Source: Macrostomum lignano (lineage: Eukaryota). From it: a stretch of DNA of 64,000 nucleotides. Positions 59,601 to 64,000 of the stretch are shown here, piece by piece (within the stretch, counting starts at the first letter, position 1; each line of letters starts with the position of its first letter). The position numbers and the translations under genes are program-made. The stretch spans positions 1 to 64,000 of the forward strand of contig NIVC01001357.1 in the NCBI GenBank assembly GCA_002269645.1. The letters are read 5' to 3'. A model generated the notes under the pieces. It had not been told where the DNA came from, made no database searches, and saw only the letters and a list, made by a program, of their open reading frames with translations.

Positions 59601-62421
59601 CCGCCGCCGCCGCTGCCCCCGCCGCCACCGCTGTCGACAACAAAAAAGGCTGCAACGATTCAGCAGATACCATCGCCTCCTCCTCCTCATCCTCAGCAGC
59701 CGCAGCCCAAGCAGCAATCTCCACCTCCGGCTCAACAACCCCCTCCCCCACCACCGCCACCGCCCGCGAAGTCGTCGTTGGCGTCGGCATCGTCGAGCGA
59801 CGTTCTAGATCTTCAAACACGGCTGCAGCAGCTGCGACAGCAGTTGGTTCTAACAGCAAAAGACGTCGCCAAGGTTGATAAGTTGAACAGGCAGCAGTCT
59901 GGTGGTTCCCGATCGTGCAGGTGCGATGTTTATTTATTTCATTTTACCAATCTACCGATGTGTATCGAAAAATATTCGCTTTTCAATTATTACAGGCGCG
60001 ATCTGGCTGCCCTAACAGCGCGCATGGAATACTTGGAGGCTAGTTGTCGACAGGCGGAAGCACTATTTGCTGACAATCAAGGCCTGCCGCTGAGCCTGTG
60101 CCAGAGCCTGGCAGGTTGCCTACGCGGCGGCCATCTTCAGCTGGAGGTGGCCGCCAAACTAGACGATGATGCAAGCCAGCAGTTTTCTCTATCAGAATCG
60201 AATAATAGCAATGTAACTTTTAAGCGAGGCCTGGTGCACTCGGCTGAGCCGGACTGTCTTGCTGCTCTTTTGTTTTGCAGGTTTGTGAAAGTTCTAAAGT
60301 CTAAAATGACGACGAATGCGTACCAAGGACTAATTAAGTCTACTTGACTAGTCTGCTACTTTATTCGTATTACTCACGGTTTATTATACAGTGTACAGTC
60401 ACCCGTATTTTAAGATCTCGTGGTGTAGTGGTTATCACATCTGTCTAACACACAGAAGGTCCCCAGTTCGAGCCTGGGCGAGATCATAACTTTTTTCTCT
60501 TGTAATTTTCAGACAAAGCATAACAACTGGATTCGTTTGGGAATATTTTTTCGGCTATCGCTACTTCGCAACAACAGAGGATCTCGCTAAAGTAATAACG
60601 AATGTGATGCGCAACACATTTCCAAAATGTCTAGAACCCGACACCGTGGAAAGCCTGATTCTTCACCGTGGGTTAAACCTTCTACTGTTTTGGCTTTTTG
60701 GTTTTTATCAAATTGACTTTCAAGAAAGAAAAGAAGCACAGACCACTCTAAAGTCCTTTATGGAGTTCCTGTCCGATCAGGTATGCTGCCCATTTAATTT
60801 TGCTCGATAGATGACCTACTAAATGATAATTCGTCGCTGGCCGATATGTATCGAAAATAAACCTAATAGTGCGTGATTTACAACGGTAAAAGCGTTAGGC
60901 TAGCGAGCTATAAAGCAAAGAGAAATAAACTGTTTAAAACTGATTCCAACGCGAAAATATTTCAGGCACCAAAACTTGCCGACCAATACCCGTCTATTAA
61001 CGGAATATTTTCATTGTTTTCGGACTGTCAACGTGGAATCCACGTGGATTTGCACTACTGCGACGTTGACATAAGCAGCACTGCTCCATACGCCAAAACA
61101 CAAACGGTACGTAACGTTTAAGGAATAATGTAACTGGAATTTGAAATAATCTGACTTGATTTGATTTGATTTGATATAAAAACGAACATGTAACTTAAAC
61201 AAAACAGTTACGAAAACATTATATCAATACGCACGCGACGCACTACTTAAGATCTCGTGGTGTAGTGGTTATCACATCTGTCTAACACACAGAAGGTCCC
61301 CAGTTCGAGCCTGGGCGAGATCAAAACTTTTTCTTTTTCAATGTGTAACCATTTGAACCTGCTTTTTGCCTTTAAAGTTCAGATGATTACTCGCAATCAA
61401 TTGTTGAATATATATTATTTCCTTCAGATCATTCCAAGGCCTGTGTCGTTTCTTCCGGTAAGTTAATGAAAATTAATTTTTTACTACTGCTACTAACAGT
61501 AACATATTCAGCATAAGTAATTATTTTCTAGATTTTGAATCAAACTGACTTACCAAATTATTTAAAATTCAACAACAGTGGCCCCAGCTGCACGTGTTCA
61601 GCCCTGACCGCGTCAGCGAGCGCCAGGCGCGCCAGCTGCTCACCGAGAGCCTGACCAAGCCAGCCACGGACCGGCCGCTGTCTTTGTTAGACTGCGCTGA
61701 ATCCGACCTGGCCGCCAGCCTGTGCGCGCTGAGTAGGCAGCGGTTCTTGGCCTGCCATCCCGTGGATTTTCTCACCGGCTCCGGCGCCGGTTTGGCCGAC
61801 TATCTCGGCCACTGCGACCGGCTGTCGCGTTGGTGCACCGCCGAACTGCTGGCGGCCGGGTCCGGCGCCAAGCAGCGAGCCCTGATGGCCAGGAGGCTCT
61901 GGCTGACAGCTGGCGAGTGCGCTGACAGGGGCGACCTGGCCTCCGCCGTGGCTCTGGCCGAGGGCCTGTCCGGACCGCGGCTCCAGTGGGCGCCGGGGCT
62001 TCATCGGTTGGACTCCCGGGCCAGCCGGGCCAGGAAGCGTCTGTCCGTCCTACGAGCCCGGCTGCTGTCCGAGCCGCTATCCGAGCCAGCCTCTGTGCCG
62101 CATCCGAGGATGCTGCGCGCCCATCTCCAATCACTGGAAGTTGGCAGCTTCCATCTGGCTAGCGGCCACGTCAAATGGGACAAGGTCCGCCGGCTGGCCG
62201 TCTGCCTGCAGCCGCTGCGCATGGCCCGCCAGGCAGGCGGCGGCGTTGACGACCGTCGGCTGACGCGTCAGCTGAGCCGGCGAATCGACGAGCTGGCCGG
62301 AGCGGATCTGGACCTGCTGCTGCAGATGCAGAGCGCCGACTCGGCGCCCGCGCCCTGCGCTAGCGGCGTCGTGTCCGGCCTGACCGCGCCAGTGGCGCAC
62401 GACCGCGTCATTGACGGCTGA
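53630..62421 (+). CDS. KNDC1: KNDC1/very-KIND-like protein (2 KIND domains, coiled coil, REM, CDC25-type RasGEF), ~1420 aa
   Basis: Exons 53630-53846, 54584-54910, 55589-55618 (tentative), 56130-56173, 56276-56426, 57413-57920, 58103-58658, 59058-59920, 59996-60280, 60513-60780, 60966-61106, 61428-61457, 61579-62421; phase-consistent. KIND1 VSLEDLI...ELLALC...YLAPE...HVYSLGA; KIND2 ASLNEL...WLPPEY...AYAIGV; REM FVWEYFFGYRYFATTEDL; GEF DRLSRWCTAELL...ASAVALAEGL...WDKVRRLA. The true start codon is uncertain. Confidence 0.85.
54320..54560. repeat. 28-bp minisatellite (ATTTGTCCATCAGGTGTCACAGAATGCA)
   Basis: Directly visible in KNDC1 intron 1. Confidence 0.9.
54945..55260. repeat. 17-bp minisatellite (CACCTCACTCCGCCACC); a related short copy lies at ~55850-55980
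   Basis: Directly visible. Confidence 0.93.
56488..57330. repeat. 15/16-bp minisatellite (CCACCTCAGTCCC(C)AG)
   Basis: Directly visible. Confidence 0.95.
58669..58962. repeat. 33-bp minisatellite (GAGTCACACCAGTTAGTGCTGCTGCATCGGGAT) starting ~10 nt after a donor site
   Basis: About 9 units visible. Confidence 0.93.
60414..60486 (+). tRNA. trnV: tRNA-Val (anticodon AAC), intronic in KNDC1
   Basis: 73 nt; acceptor stem GATCTCG/CGAGATC + A; D arm GTGTAGTGGTTATCAC; anticodon arm TCTGT-CTAACAC-ACAGA; T arm CCCAG-TTCGAGC-CTGGG; T6 terminator at 60491. Confidence 0.96.
61251..61323 (+). tRNA. trnV: tRNA-Val (anticodon AAC), second identical copy, intronic in KNDC1
   Basis: Identical 73-nt body to 60414-60486; T5 terminator at 61328. 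Confidence 0.96.
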
Positions 62422-62499
62422 TTGTCAAACGCAACAATTGATGCGAAGCAAATGGGTTGAAAATGCCTCAGGCAAAATGTGCCGCTCTGATGGATCCAG

Positions 62500-63745
62500 T
62501 TATTTGTCTGGTTTTGTTTGTCTGGCTGGTTTTGTTTGTCTGTCTGTCTGGTTTTGTTTGTTTGTCTGGTTTTGTTTGTTTGTCTGTCTGGTTTTGTTTG
62601 TTTGTCTGTCTGGTTTTGTTTGTTTGTCTGTCTGGTTTTGTTTGTTTGTCTGGTTTTGTTTGTTTGTTTATCTGGTTTTGTTTGTCTGTCTGGTTTTGTT
62701 TGTTTGTCTAGTTTTGTTTGCCTGGTTTTGTTTGTCTGTCTGTTTTTGTTTGTCTGTCTGGCTGGTTTTGTTTGTCTGTCTGGTTTTGTTTGTTTGTCTG
62801 GTTTTGTTTGTTTGTCTGGTTTTGTTTGTTTGTCTGGTTTTGTTTGTTTGTCTGTCTGGTTTTGTTTGTTTGTCTGGCTGGTTTTGTTTGTCTGTCTGGT
62901 TTTGTTTGTCTGGTTTTGTTTGTCTGTCTGGTTTTGTTTGTCTGTCTGGTTTTGTTTGTCTGTCTGGCTGGTTTTGTTTGTCTATCTGGCTGGTTTTGTT
63001 CGTCTGTCTGGTTTTGTTTGTTTGTCTGATTTTGTTTGTCTGTCTGGCTGGTTTTGTTTGTCTGTCAGGCTGGTTTTGTTTGTCTGTCTGGTTTTGTTTG
63101 TTTGTCTGGTTTTGTTTGTCTGGTTTTGTTTGTCTGGTTTTGTTTGTCTGGTTTTGTTTGTCTGGTTTTGTTTGTCTGTCTGGTTTTGTTTGTTTGTCTG
63201 GTTTTGTTTGTTTGTCTGTCTGGTTTTGTTTGTTTGTCTGGCTGGTTTTGTTTGTCTGTCTGGTTTTGTTTGTCTGGTTTTGTTTGTCTGGTTTTGTTTG
63301 TCTGTCTGGTTTTGTTTGTCTGCCTGGTTTTGTTTGTCTGTCTGGCTGGTTTTGTTTGTTTGTCTGATTTTGTTTGTCTGTCTGGCTGGTTTTGTTTGTC
63401 TGTCTGGCTGGTTTTGTTTGTCTGTCTGGTTTTGTTTGTCTATCTGGCTGGTTTTGTTCGTCTGTCTGATTTTGTTTGTCTGTCAGGTTTTGTTTGTCTG
63501 TCTGGCTGGTTTTGTTTGTCTGTCTGGTTTTGTTTGTCTATCTGGCTGGTTTTGTTCGTCTGTCTGGTTTTGTTTGTTTGTCTGATTTTGTTTGTCTGTC
63601 TGGCTGGTTTTGTTTGTCTGTCTGGCTGGTTTTGTTTGTCTGTCTGGTTTTGTTTGTCTGTCTGGTTTTGTTTGTCTGTCTGGTTTTGTTTGTCTGTCCA
63701 GGTTTTGTTTTGGTTGGTCTTCTGGTCTTCTTCTTTTGTTTGTCT
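62500..63745. repeat. Compound (GTTT/GTCT/CTGG)n microsatellite 3' of KNDC1
   Basis: Directly visible. Confidence 0.96.
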
Positions 63746-64000
63746 GGCTGGTTTTTCCGCTCTTTATCTTGATAAATCACATTTATTTGTTCAATAATTC
63801 ATCAGTTAAATACCATCACATTGCAGTCGGTCTGCCAGTTCATTCCAATGCCAGTATCCTGTATAACATTTTCGCCTAGTCCTACCTATGCACTAAAATT
63901 TTGCTCAAGACAATTCATTAAGCTAGCACAACGTATAGGGAATTAGTTGTCATGGTTACTATGGGCTTTACTATAAAAAAGTTACCGATATAACTTCTAC

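Overview
Eukaryotic (animal) genomic DNA. GC-rich exons with polyQ/polyA tracts, introns filled with private minisatellites and a lophotrochozoan-type GluCl suggest a free-living flatworm such as Macrostomum; this is inference and was not checked. Six protein-coding genes were reconstructed by hand from splice sites, intron phase and family motifs: an HHAT/Rasp-type MBOAT acyltransferase (-, with two 1-nt frameshifts), a 3-exon globin (-), an intronless secreted DUF4787-like gene (-), a CUX/cut homeobox gene (+), a Cys-loop anion channel of the lophotrochozoan GluCl type (+) and a KNDC1/very-KIND RasGEF (+). Also present: two identical intronic tRNA-Val(AAC) genes, a full-length decayed Ty3/gypsy LTR element with 148-bp LTRs and a 5-bp TSD, two LINE fragments, several TIR elements and more than 20 tandem arrays. 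Most notable: (1) a pair of 59-nt duplicated, mutually exclusive exons in the GluCl N-terminus; (2) a 14 x 273-bp apparently identical array inside a (GATA)n tract in a cux intron, each unit carrying a GCGAAGC mini-hairpin and an exon-like cassette; (3) a CUX protein whose third CUT domain has lost its recognition helix; (4) a tRNA whose Pol III terminator doubles as the polypyrimidine tract of the host intron; (5) an LTR element with non-canonical TA...CA ends. No CRISPR or prokaryotic features. No database searches were run.
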